Origin: Chrysomallon squamiferum
Taxonomy: Eukaryota > Animalia > Mollusca
NCBI GenBank assembly: GCA_012295275.1
Contig: CM022667.1
Coordinates: 1,860,001 to 1,924,000, forward strand
Reading direction: 5' to 3'
DNA: 64,000 nucleotides
Shown here: piece by piece, positions 14,101 through 27,580 of the stretch
How the letters are laid out: each line of letters begins with the position of its first letter
Numbering within the stretch: the first letter of the stretch is position 1
Made by a program: the position numbers and the translations under genes
The notes under the pieces: model-generated
The model's input: the letters and a program-made list of their open reading frames with translations, nothing else
The model's database searches: none
What the model was told of the DNA's origin: nothing

Positions 14101-14846
14101 CTTCGGGTATTTCACGTATGCGCATGATTACCGACGTTTGACGAAGATTTTTCTATTCATAAACGCTCAGTATTCCGAATTCCTTCCTTCGTTCATACAT
14201 ACATACACCAACGAAGAAGATGAAAAGCTAAAAATAAAAAATAAAAAGAAGATGAAGATTGTGATCAAGTTAATGCATAAAATTACGGTGGCGTAGATTA
14301 AGGGATATTCATCATCGGATCTTGGGCGTCAGAAGAAATGTTGACTGTGGTGTTGTGTCGTAAAGAGAAGAGTGCCGATATAAATTGATTGTGCCTGGGT
14401 TGGTTATGAATCAGAGAATGCAGAGCGTTGATGAACATTCTGGTAAAGTTACAGAACATTTTTCTAAAACCGTTTTCACTGCATTGTCGTGAAAGTAGTG
14501 TTGATGAAAATGAACCGGATCAATAGTTATGAATTGGAAAGTGTAGAACGTTGACGATGAAAATTCTGGTGAAGTCTAGAACATTCGAGAACAATTTTTA
14601 AAGCGACAGCTGAAAAGGGAATAGCGTAGAAATGAGTGTTCAAAACGCTCTTTTATGGTGTTGTCATTGCATTTCATTTCCGACTATCGTAGGGTTATAT
14701 TGAATACAAGAAAAACGAGTAAAAAGCGAAAATAATGATTAATAAAAAATAAAGAACGGCAAACTACACATAGCAGAAAACAAACCGATAAGTATATAAA
14801 AAAAAATATATAAAAGAATTAATAAATAATAATAATAGTAATTATA

Positions 14847-14890
<44 letters not shown>

Positions 14891-15463
14891 ATAATAATTA
14901 TAATAATAATAAACTAAATTAAATAAATAAAACGTGAGGAAAAACACACAACCAAAGAATAACTGGAATAACAACAACAAAACAAATCTAAATAAAATTA
15001 AATAACAATGTGAAATATAAAGTATATAAATAAGCCAAACAAAGTAAAACTATTTAAAACCCACCTAGTTTATAAATTAGTACAAATAAAATATAAAAAA
15101 ATTTAAAAAAAAAAAAAAAGAAAAGTACGTGGAAACCATGGAAACAGGTTAGGAAAATAAAATGACGTCCGCCGAAAAAACAAGTAAAACAAAAGTAAAA
15201 GGTATAAACAATACACAAAAAAAAAGAAAAATAAAAATTAATAAAATAAAAAAAAAAAAATTAAAAATAAAAAAAAAAAAAATATATATATAAAAATTTA
15301 AATAAAAAAAATAACAACTAAAATAAAATAATAAAAAGCTATAAAAAAGCAGTAAAATAAATGAAAAAGTAAAAAATTAATAAAAACTGAAATAAAATGA
15401 AAAATGAATGAATGAATGAATAAATAAATAAATAAATAAAAAAAACAAACAAAAATAATAATA

Positions 15464-15495
<32 letters not shown>

Positions 15496-16165
15496 CAATA
15501 AATAACAACATCAATAATAACAACAATAATAATAATTAAGAAAAAGAAAAAAAACGAAAAAAAAACGAAAAAAGCAAAAAAAAAAAAAACACGATATCGT
15601 CAAACAAAGAAATTAAATAAAACGAGTGATTTTTGTTTTTTGTCACGAAACTAAGACAGTGAGAAGATCGCGGTTGGAACAGGAAGACAAATTACACTTA
15701 AATTCTGCTCTTGATTATGGGATGAGCTCTGGGGAAATTTCTCGAAGATGAAAAATCTGATTACTTTTCCTTATCGAGCCAAAGGTTGAGAGCGACTGAA
15801 GTGTATTGAATGTTACAGAAGATTGTTTCATTTAAATAGTTTGTTCGGTGTTGTAGTCGTTGATTGGCGCTGAAATGGCGATCCGCCGGCAACGTTGGCG
15901 ACAGTGTTGTTTCGTCGTATTAGGCTCTGTAGCAAGTGCGGACACACTCTTTGTTCTTAGAGTGTTGTGTTATATTGAGGGAAAGAAATAATTTTATAAT
16001 GAAAATATTTATAAATGAATGAATGAATAAATAAATATGTAAATATAAATAATAAATAAATATGAAAATAAAAATAAATAATAAAAATAATAAATAAATA
16101 AATAAATAAATTAAAAAAAATTAATATATATATATTTTTTAATTACAATGATACTAAACTAATTA

Positions 16166-16215
<50 letters not shown>

Positions 16216-17249
16216 CAAATAATAAATAAATAAATAAATAAATAAATATAAAAGTCGAATCGCTAAAATAAAACCGCTTAAAATAAACGTACTTATTAAA
16301 AAAAAATAAAAAAAAAAAAAACAATTAATAAAAAATGAAAATTTTTCTTTTTAAAAACTAAAAAAAAAAAAAAATAAAATAAAATAACTGAAGATCACGT
16401 AATGAATTAAGATATCAAAAACAAAATATTCTAAAACAAAAAGAATCTCTGTAAAACTAAATCATCACGTAATTTTTACAAGTTTTTTTTTTTTTTTTAT
16501 TTTTTTATCAAAATTAAAACATGCCGTGAACTTGCGACACTCAGCTCACTTTCTTCACGATCCAGAATCAGTTCTGAATCCCCTCACACATCATCAACTG
16601 CATTACAAACAGCCATCCTATCTAGATTCCACATTTATATTCAAACACACGAACAAGCAAGCCATCGACTTTTGCCATTTCTGACAGAAACGAATTCAAC
16701 ACACGCCGCAAGCAACTCGGAAAATTCTCGCCAGAACGTACTTCACGACCACGAACGAGCTCGGATTCGCCCGCCTTTCTCTCCGTCTCCCCCCTCACAC
16801 CACTCCTTAACGCGCTCGCTCTTTTGATTCCCTAAGGTCTCTTCGCCCCATTTATTTATTTGACATCCTTATTTTCTTAGTGGTGCTCGACTCATCAAAA
16901 CGTCAAATTAGAAAGTACCGCGGCTACGGGAAGCTCGTGTTTCGACGCACAATTAGTAAGACAACAGTCTGCTAACCACATTACCGTGTCGGCTGAGTCC
17001 GTCATAATGTCGTCTGCTGCTATCGACTAATGACTTGCGGGGCAAACGATGCTGCTGTCGTATGTCGCCTTCGCCTTCGTTACGGTCGTACACATATGCT
17101 GTTGTTGTTGTTGTTGTTGTTGTTGTAGCAGCTGATGGAGATTTAGTCTGGCAAAACAGTCACTTTAAAGAAGGCTGTTTGGTTAATGAATTCGTGTTAG
17201 AGTTGAGTGTATTAAATTATTTGTGAAGACGATGTCGCTAAAAGAGATA

Positions 17250-17626
17250 CAGTAAACCTCGATTTAACGGACCTCGATTCCTCGTAACTTTGGAATTTAA
17301 CAGACTTAGATTTGCCAAAGCGGTTCCTTCAGATCTGAAACAAGTTCTAATAAGAATTCTCCTAGAGTACGCCTTCAAAAAAATGCTAGATGTTTAGGAT
17401 ACAACTGGATGAATCATTATCATAGACTTCTTAATGTTATCATGCATCAACTGACATACATTATTACATGTTCTGTGACGGTAGTTAACTATTACGTAGT
17501 GCAGTATTAAAATTATTAAAATGATAATGTTATGATATTCAAATATTTCAACATATCTGCGATTTAATGGTCTTCGGCATCAGTCGAGCTTCGCCGGTGT
17601 TAGTCCGTTAAACTGAGGATCGACTG
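17250..17626. mobile_element. Non-autonomous pogo/Tigger-like MITE, 377 bp
   Basis: Left end is TA|CAGTAAACCTCGATTTAACGGAC. Right end is GTCCGTTAAACTGAGGATCGACTG|TG, whose reverse complement is CAGTCGATCCTCAGTTTAACGGAC. This gives an imperfect ~23-bp TIR starting CAGT, a TA target on the left (TG on the right) and an AT-rich non-coding interior. Confidence 0.7.
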
Positions 17627-19086
17627 TGGAATAAAAATACACGGTTCTGAATCCCGAAGCGTCGCGGTTTTAACATGATAGATCTCGCGTTCAGACGAGT
17701 TTTTAATGCAGAATGTTTTCCCTTCTGAGATTACTGTGCAGTTAGGACAAAGCTTTTGGCATTATTATGTGACGTGCTGTCTTGAAAACAAAGTCAGAGG
17801 AAAAAGTAACAGTTTACATTTAGAAAAGTAATAATCATAATAATGATGATGATAATGATGATAATAATAATTATCATGATGGTGGTATGATCATGACAAA
17901 AAATAATAACAACAGTGATGATGGTGAACAATAATGACAGTGATAATAATGATGATTATAATAACAACAACAACAAATAATAATACTAATAATAACAAAA
18001 AAAAAAAACAACAACAACAACTATAATAATAATAATGATAATAGCTACAAGCAGCAACAACAGCAACAACAACAACAACAAAAAATAACAAGAACAAGAA
18101 CAAGAACAATAACAATAATAAATACCAGGGATATAACATTCAAAATTCAGTGAATTTCAGTGTAAAGAATTACACAACTACTACTTCTACTACTACTACT
18201 TCTGCTGCTGCTACAACAAATTCTACTACCATTACAACTACTAAAACTATTACAACCATTACTACTGCTACCACTACTACTAAATATACTAAAATATATT
18301 AGTTTGTATATAAAAACGTTTGCATCTTCATTTTCTGTGACTAACTTATTCATCATGGACGACAAAACAGATTTCGAATAAAATAAAAATAAAAATAAAT
18401 AAAAATTCACAGAGTTCACGGGCTGTGACCGGACACGCTTGTTGATTAGCTCGTATTTGTAGACTTTCGACCTGAGCTGTAACCATTCATTTCATTCATC
18501 CTACGATTCTAAACAGCACAAAGACTCAACTCAGCGCCCTCGATAGCAGCAGATCACGCGTATTAATTTCCACGTCGCCATACATCAAAACAAAATAGTT
18601 CCTAAATAAAAACGATTTGTTTTGTATGAAAACTGTTTTTTACATAATGGGTGGGTTTTTTTTTTTTTTAGATCTAAACCAGGATTTAAATATTTTTATT
18701 TATTTATTCTATTAAATAAGGTTCCCCAAAAACAATATTTTTGGTCAGTGTTCGAAAATTGAAATTTATTTAATTATTACACCCCCACATAAATACACGC
18801 GTGCACGCACACACATACGTACACACTATAACCTTTTCTCCTCTGAATTCTGTTTTCGCTTATATTTCTCTCAATCATGACAGTGTATGCTGCCGAGTAC
18901 AAGACGTCTCACTACTATTTAATTAGACACTTGTAAACGAGACATTCATATAAATCACGATTGATCGATGACAACAGCGAATATAACACAACACAGTTAA
19001 ATAGTCATATTTCAGTATATATTTTATCTATCTATCTCTTATTACCTGTTTTTCTGTCCATCTGTTCTGTCTGTACAACTATCCAT

Positions 19087-19241
19087 ATGTATGTATGTGT
19101 GTATGTATGTATGTATGTATGTATGTATGTATGTATGTATGTATGTATGTATGTGTTTGTGTGTGTGTGTATGTATGTATGTATGTTTGTGTGTGTATGT
19201 ATGTATATATGTATGTATGTATGTATGTTATTGTGTGTCTG

Positions 19242-19278
<37 letters not shown>

Positions 19279-19345
19279 ATATGTATCCATCTATCTATCT
19301 GTATCTATCTATCTGTATATCTATGTATCTATCTATCCATCTTTG
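19087..19345. repeat. Compound (ATGT)n/(TG)n/(ATCT)n microsatellite
   Basis: Directly visible. Confidence 0.95.
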
Positions 19346-20149
19346 CATAACTCTGTCCATATGTCTGTCTGTCTGTCTTTCTGTCCGTTTGTCGGTCCGG
19401 CGTATGTCCGTTCGCATAAACATTTATTACAGGTAATACTATGATCTGAAATATAGGAATTTTATATGGAAAATTTTATACATGGATGACAGTGACAATA
19501 TTTAATATTTCATAATATTCCATATGACCTATGAACGGGTCGTAACAATCTTCGTGAATGTTGGGTCAATGACGTTTTCAAATCCGAACCCGTCCAATTA
19601 CGACTTGTCGTATTTGCTGTTCTTAAAACTCGATCTCTCACAGCTTAAATGTGTGGGCAGAGGAAACTTTGACTAAGAAAACTGCGTCAGAGAATTAAAT
19701 CTTTATAAAGTTAAAAAAAAAAAAAAAAAAAAAAATTTAAACTGAAAAAACTGAAAAAGTATCCCAAATTTTCAAAATCATCAAAGCGAGGTGCTGCTGG
19801 AAACTGCATCCATAATTTAATAGTCACAGCTCTGGAATGAAAATTTGAGTTACGTTCGTGTGCTAACGTAAATAGCAAAGATTCCATATTGGATAACCCG
19901 AGACTTGGCGGAATTTCGAATACAGATTACGTTTCGTGTCGAAATGGGAAGCAAGCAAGGCGAGTGGATTGTACTTCACGTCGGAGATGATTACATTTTC
20001 TTGAACGATCTTCTCCAGGAAGCTCGACAGTAATTTTCGTACCGGAAATCACCGAAATCTAATTCTTTTTTTTTTTTTTTTTTTTTGTCTTCAACGAGTT
20101 AAAACATGAACAACCAGGAAGAGATCCGTGATTTAATAAAGTGAGATGT

Positions 20150-20490
20150 ACTACCACTACTACTATTACAGCTATTGCTACTACTACAACAAATTCTACT
20201 ACTATTACAGCTACAATTACTACAACTACTACTACTATTACTACTACTATTGCTATTACTACCACTACTCCTATTAGTATTATTACTACTACTACTTCTA
20301 CTATTACTACTACTACTACTACTACTACTACTTTTCGTACTCCTCCATCCCTCCTTCTCCTTATACTGCTATTATTATTACTATTATACTACTACTCGTA
20401 CTACTACTATCTCTACTACTACAACTATTACTACTACTACTACTATTATACTCCTCCTACTACAAGAACAACAATAACAACAACTACATA
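20150..20490. repeat. Degenerate (ACT)n trinucleotide region
   Basis: Directly visible; source of the poly-Thr, poly-Leu and poly-Tyr ORFs. Confidence 0.95.
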
Positions 20491-20845
20491 TATCATAATA
20501 TGGTGAAAGGAAAAAATACTAGAATAAAAAAAGGTCTGCAAGCATTTCGTGAATGCGTATTTTGGAAGATTGGTCTTTGGAAGAATCTTTCCTCGAATCC
20601 GTATAAAACAAATCACGTTATCTCCGTGCGTTTAAGTACTTTATTTCCTATCTAAGATCAGTCAGTATTCCATGTAACAAAGACCACAGTATATTTTATC
20701 TTGCTTTTAAATTTATGTTTGCTATATGAGAGGCCTTTGTACTTGTTACCCTACCTATGGGGTGGTGCATATAATACATGCTTTGCTGCTACTATTTTAA
20801 AACAAATAATCCAACACACTGCTTCAACTGCGTCTATGTGGTCAT

Positions 20846-21172
20846 CAACCTTACATATGTCGCTACTTTACTCTGCGTATGACGCTTCTTAAACTTACGT
20901 ATGATGCCACGTAAATAACCTTTACTTATGACGCAAAAACCCTTCCATTTCACGTCACAAATCTTACGTTTGAACTATATAACCTTACGTATGACGTCAT
21001 ATAATCTTACGAAAGAATCCATGTAACCTTATACTGGATGCCAGATAACCTAACGCATGAAACCACAAAAACCTTACGTTTGACAACACATAATTTTACT
21101 TATGACGTTACATATGACGCCATATAACCTTACATATGACGCCATATAACCTTACACGTAACACCGCATAAT
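20846..21172. repeat. Degenerate 22-bp minisatellite, consensus approx. ATAACCTTACRTATGACGCCAT, about 14 copies
   Basis: Best-preserved units start at 21124 and 21146 (period 22); diverged copies extend back to about 20846. Confidence 0.85.
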
Positions 21173-21537
21173 CGTAGATTCAACCAAACAGGTTGAACAA
21201 AATGCTTTTTTTTTTTGTAAATTTTCGCTTTCCTTCCTTCTTCTTTGTTATGTCCCGCCATATCGATTGCGAGTCTCCTCTTCAACGGTGGATTAGATAG
21301 AGTAGGTAATTGAAAACTTCGTTGTCTGTTCAGACAGCTGAGTGGAAACGACACTTGTCTATGTGTATTTCTAACAAAGCAAACAAAGCAAAGAAAAATG
21401 TTTGTGGTTACGAAATCAGCTTGCGCGTCTATTTCTGCCTGGCTAATGTGGTGCTTTTTGGAAACTAAATTTAATTAAGATGTGAACACTGAAGCGTCTC
21501 TGTTATTAATTATTTGTAACAGTAGCGTATAAGATTT

Positions 21538-21661
21538 ATTGCTATTGCTGTTGCTATTGTTATTGTTATTGTTATTATTATTATTATTATTGTTATCATT
21601 ATTGGTATTATTGTTATTATTATTATTATTATTATTATTGTTATTATTATTATTATTATTA

Positions 21662-21693
<32 letters not shown>

Positions 21694-21699
21694 GTTATT

Positions 21700-21732
<33 letters not shown>

Positions 21733-21770
21733 GTTGTTGTTATTATTAGTGTAATTATTGTTGTTGTTTT
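21538..21770. repeat. (ATT/GTT)n microsatellite
   Basis: Directly visible. Confidence 0.97.
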
Positions 21771-23577
21771 ACTAAAAGTCGTGTTTTGTTAGTAGTAGTA
21801 GTAGTGGTAGCAATAGTAGTAGTACCAGTAGTAGTAGTAGCAGTGGTAGTAATAACAGTAGCAGTGATGATAACTGTACGTGTATTAGAAATTCTAGTCA
21901 CAGCTGTAGTAGTAATGGTAGGAACAGTATTGGTTTTCGACATCGTAGTTATAGCGGTATTGTAGTAGTAATACGTACGTACTTAGTTATTGCAGCAGCA
22001 ATAGTGTGGTAATAACCAGTACTAGTTATGTTAACAGTGGTGGTAGCTGTAATAGTAATAACCGTGTTAGCAGCGGCAGTGATGACGGTCGTAACGGTAA
22101 TAGCTCAATATTTCTTTGACGTATTTCGTGTAATAACGCTCGTTTTATTATTTGTTATTTTCTGTTTTTATCGTGTGTGTAGTTGTGATAAAACGACAAG
22201 GGATACAAAGCCGTCCATATTGATCAGCCTCATTTGGACGTCTAGAATAGAATACTGCAAACGTTAATTGAAAATACTGTTTATTTAACACCTTAATTAT
22301 GGTTTTCGTATATTGGATGGAATAGCCTGTAGCTGACATTTACAACTTGTTTGAAAACGTTTTACTGAACCGAGTTGTAAGGCGTTCGCTGATTGGTTAA
22401 AAATAGAATTTTTTTTTTTTTTTTTTTTTTTTTAATATTTTAATTTCATTTAATTTTTAATTTTAATTTCATTTAATTTTTAATTTTAATTTTAATTTCA
22501 TTTAATTTTTAATTTTAATTTTATTTTATTTTACGTTATTTTATTTTATTAAATTTATTTATTCGTTTATTTATTTATATATTTATATTTTATATGATAT
22601 AATTTCAGTTTTGCTTGACTTTTTACATAAACGTACGGGCATGCATGCACAGTAAAGAACACATAAATACATAACACATAATACACACGTATATAAAACA
22701 TTTATATATATATATATATTGAATGATACATACATATATATATGCACACCCACGTGCATACATAAAAACAGACAAACAGACAGACAGATGGGCAGAGAGA
22801 GACAAAAATGATCGATGACAGATAACGAGGTTAAAAAGATTTATGTAGAAATACAGATATCAGCTTCCTCTTTTATTATTATTATTCATATAATTTTTTT
22901 TTATTATTATTATTTTTTTTTTTTTGTGTGTGTGTTAATATCTGCATATCTAAAACGATATCTGTTCCACAGATATTTTCTTTTTATTAAATCCTGCCTC
23001 GTTTATCTCTTCTGTTTTATTTTCATCTCTATTTTTTTTTTTTTAATCCTGATTTACTGCGGCACGTCAATCGATCGCAACCATCCATCCCTCGTTTCTG
23101 AATACCTCAGACCACCACGTGCTGTTCTTTGTCCAACAGAAAAGGTGTTAATTATTAAAAATCACATCTGTGACGCCAATAAAAATTTTCCAGCGAAAGC
23201 GAAGTAAACATTTTTTTTTTTTTTTCCCGGTACGAATCACGGCCTCGCTTCAGATCCGCGCTGCAATCGCTGAACTGTATTACAATCCAGCCCGACCCCC
23301 TTGTAAAAACGTTATTTCGATTCAGTCGTCTGTTCTTTTGACCCAAATGCTCTTTCCCCCCCCGACCGTCCCCCCTTTAGACGCGTTCGATTCGTCAATG
23401 ACAGGGCGGGGGGAAAACTTTTAAGTTTATCAGCACGCTTTACGTGACTGAGTGATCCGTCTGCTTTTAAAAACAGCGATGTCTAGGTTTGTTGCCCATT
23501 TCTCATGCGTCTCTTCTCGACGTTGTCTGCACGTTTTGGAGCCGCTGACGTTAGCAACGTATTCTTTCTTTCTGGCC

Positions 23578-23613
<36 letters not shown>

Positions 23614-24854
23614 CGTTATTATTGTTATTATTACCTTTTGACGTTCGTTTGCCGTGCGTCCTGAAAAGACCCGAGGCTGAGAATAACATTCACGTTAAAA
23701 AGGGCGACGGAGGCTTGCCAAGGGAAACGATGTCGTTGTCGTATTCCGAGCGTCGTGTCTGATGCGCACGTCGTCACGCAGTCGACGGTTTTCTTTTGAA
23801 ATTATAACCGTTCCGCCGGCAACACCCGCGGGGCAGGTCGCAGATCTTCTTCTTAATTAATCCCCTGTTTTTGTGGGTCACTGGAATAATTAGGTAGAGA
23901 AAGACAGAGTAATTAGCAAGAGAAAGGAAAAAAATAATTACCTAGAGAAAAATAGAGCAAAACACACCAAAAAAAAAAAAAAAAAAATATATATAGATAG
24001 ATATATACATATATAACAGAATCCAGATTAATGCCAGAAGTTCTTTCTGCTGATAACGGTGAAATAATCTTAAAGATTATTTTTAAAGGTTATTATTATT
24101 ATTATTATTATTATTATTGTGTGTGTGTGTGTGTGTCTGTGTGTTTGTGTGTATCTCTGTCTTAAAGCTCGCTGCTAGGATCTGTACAGCTAGGATGTAA
24201 CGGGAGAAAAATCGAAGGCGTGTTTAACAGTTTTATTCTGCGGAGATCGTTTTGCTGGCGTGCTGTGAGTGAAGCAACGGGGGAACCGTTAACTCGCAGT
24301 CGCAACAGACAAACAAGAAGAATAATCACCAGCGACAAATGACACGACAGACGAAGACGAGTTCGCGTGACTACGAAAGTTACTCGAAGAGGTGTTTGTG
24401 CAAATTTATACTCGTCTTCTTAACGTGTGCAGATAATTCGTGTTAACTCACGTATACGGTTTTTTTATTTTTTTTTTTTTATTTTTGAATTAAACACTGA
24501 CATATGTGAAAAAGCTTTTTCATGCTGAAATAAAGAATTCGACTTACGTGAAGGGTTTTTCGTGGCGGAAAATAGAATAAAGAATAAGACGTACTTGGAT
24601 GTATTTTTTAATGCTGAAAAAAAAAAAAAAATAAATTAACGTTGAAAAATTTAACATACGTGGATGTTTCTTTGTGCTGAGAAAAAAAGAACTCTTGCAT
24701 TCATCTTCGACTGGGTGTGGATGTTAAAAGAATATCTTCTGTGAGAAAATCGCTCCTGATGTCTGTCAAGTCTAACAGGAGTGACAGCTGGAAGGATTAC
24801 CGATATGAGAAACTACGACGCATTGACAGTACCGGCACAGGTAGGCTTAGTGTG

Positions 24855-24855
<1 letters not shown>

Positions 24856-24904
<49 letters not shown>

Positions 24905-24942
24905 CAGACAGATATACACACACACTGATATACATGCACACT

Positions 24943-24974
<32 letters not shown>

Positions 24975-25385
24975 CACACACACACACATACATACACACA
25001 TATATACACACTCACACACATACACAAAACACACATGCATACACACACATTGATACATACATACACACTGACACACTCATCACACAGACATTGACACATG
25101 CACACTCACACACACACACACAAACACGCACACACTGACACATACATACTACATACGTACAAATATACATACATAAACTGCAGTAGTTATGCAAATATAA
25201 ATATATGCACACATACATACATACATACATGCATACATATTACACACATACATAAATACACACATATAAACACGCATACATACACTTGTGCGCACACTCG
25301 TTAACAAACATACTCACTTACGAACACAAACACACTTGTGAACACATATACATGTATAAACAGGAATATACACATACATTTACAT
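24856..25385. repeat. Compound (CA)n/(CATA)n region
   Basis: Directly visible. Confidence 0.93.
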
Positions 25386-25469
25386 TTACAGATCAAACGA
25401 AAACACTTCTACAATTATTGCTTCTGCTTTTGATACCAGTACAACTATTACTACTATTAAAATTGCGAT

Positions 25470-25528
25470 TGTAACAAATATTACCCCTGTAACAAATATT
25501 ACCCTGTAACAAATATTACCCCTGTAAC
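25470..25528. repeat. 17-18-bp tandem repeat TGTAACAAATATTACCC(C), 3+ copies
   Basis: Three near-identical adjacent copies plus a partial fourth. Confidence 0.95.
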
Positions 25529-25853
25529 TTCATCTAGTATACTACTACAATACTAATACTACGATACCACTACTTCTACTACTACAACTATTATTATTAT
25601 TATTGCAACTACTATTAATACAGCAGCAATTATTACTACTATTACGACTATGACAAGTATTACTACTGCAACAACTACTACTAACACAGTTGCTACTTTT
25701 TCTGCTACTACTATTACAACTACTACTGCAACTATTACGACTCCTACTACAAGTACTGCTGCAACTATAAATACTACATCAAATACAATTATTACTACTA
25801 CTACAACGTCTACTACTACTTATATTAAAACTATTACTTCTTTTTCCTACTAT

Positions 25854-25900
<47 letters not shown>

Positions 25901-26157
25901 GTACTACCACTACCACTACTATTACTCTTATAAGTACTACCACTGATACTAGATAGAGTAGTAGTAGTAGTAATAGTAATAATTACATACTAAATCATTT
26001 GGTAACAATAAACAACATAAAATAAATAATTTCTAATAAAATGCAAAGAGTAAAAGAAATGAAAAAAGTAAATAATAAAACAGGTTTACAAAATTAATAA
26101 ACGAAACAAGAAAAAAAATAAATAAATAAAAATACATTCCTTTTTTCAATTTTTTTT

Positions 26158-26193
<36 letters not shown>

Positions 26194-26987
26194 GCCTACG
26201 AGTTATAAACGCTGTAGGAATATTTTCAAACACAATGATATTTATTAGCAGCTTAATCCAAGCATTACTAATATGCAATCATAAACACAGCATTTTACAT
26301 TTTGTTATTAGTTTTATCTAAACCTTTGCACACACACAGACACACACACACACACACACAGTCACATACACACACACACACACGCACACACGTATACATA
26401 CATGCATACATACAAAAATACATATATATATATATATACATATACATACATACATATAAACGTAACTATACACATACGTACACAAACACATACATACACA
26501 CATACATACGCACATAGTACATACATACAAACATACATACATACATACATACATACACACATAAACATATACACACACACACACACATTTCAGTTATTTA
26601 ATTTCTCCCAGATTTCTTAGCAAACAATCATTCAAAAACGTCGCGTTATTTTTTTCCAAACAAAAGTTCATTTCTCGAATCATCTCCTCCTAAACAGATC
26701 TTATCTGAGCCACGTCATTAACACTTTGACAATGTGATGCATCAAATTTCATAAAAATAATAATAATAAAAAAAGATATTAAATAAAATAAACATCAACC
26801 ATATTAAGTGACACGTGAAGTTAAAAATATTCTGACATTTGATTTTTCTAGGTTAAAACGTGGGTACGTTACAAAGCACTGAGCAATGATGATGAACCGC
26901 CAAAAACCATTCATTGTATTTCTCTCTTTCGTTACCTCAATTCGGTGTCAACTCATCCGTCATGACAGATTTTCGTTAAGTAATTAT

Positions 26988-27052
<65 letters not shown>

Positions 27053-27247
27053 GCCAATGAACGGCGGTCGATGAAACAGAAATGTCATCACATTCAAACA
27101 GAGAATGTTCTGATTTTTCTGTCAGAGTTTCATTCTTGGTTGAGTGTCGTGAATTTACTCTGAAATTCGCTGCTGACAAAAACGTCGCGAATGTTTGACA
27201 CGGAAAGTCACTTCTGTCGGCATTCGTACAACAGTGTACGAGTGGTG

Positions 27248-27580
27248 CACTAAATGTCAACGTATCTGTTAATGGTGAACTGCAAAAATCACGATATGTA
27301 AACATGTTTACAGACACTGAACACTTAAAATCACTATAGACTTTATTTCTAACAACTAGTGAAACTGAAATCACTAAATGTAAACATATCTATAATTAGT
27401 GAACATCGAAATCACGATATGTAAACATGTTTACAGATACTGAACACTTAAAATCACTATAGACTTTATTTCTAACAACTAGTGAAAGTGAAATCACTAA
27501 ATGTAAACAGATCTATAATTACTGATCACCGAAATCACAAATAAGTAAACATGTTTACAACTAGAACATTCTGAAATCAG
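27248..27580. repeat. 123-bp higher-order tandem repeat built from three ~41-bp AAATCAC-headed monomers
   Basis: AAATCAC(G/A)A...GTAAACATGTTTACA recurs at 27286, 27409 and 27532 (period 123). Each unit holds three diverged monomers starting AAATCAC. Confidence 0.92.
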
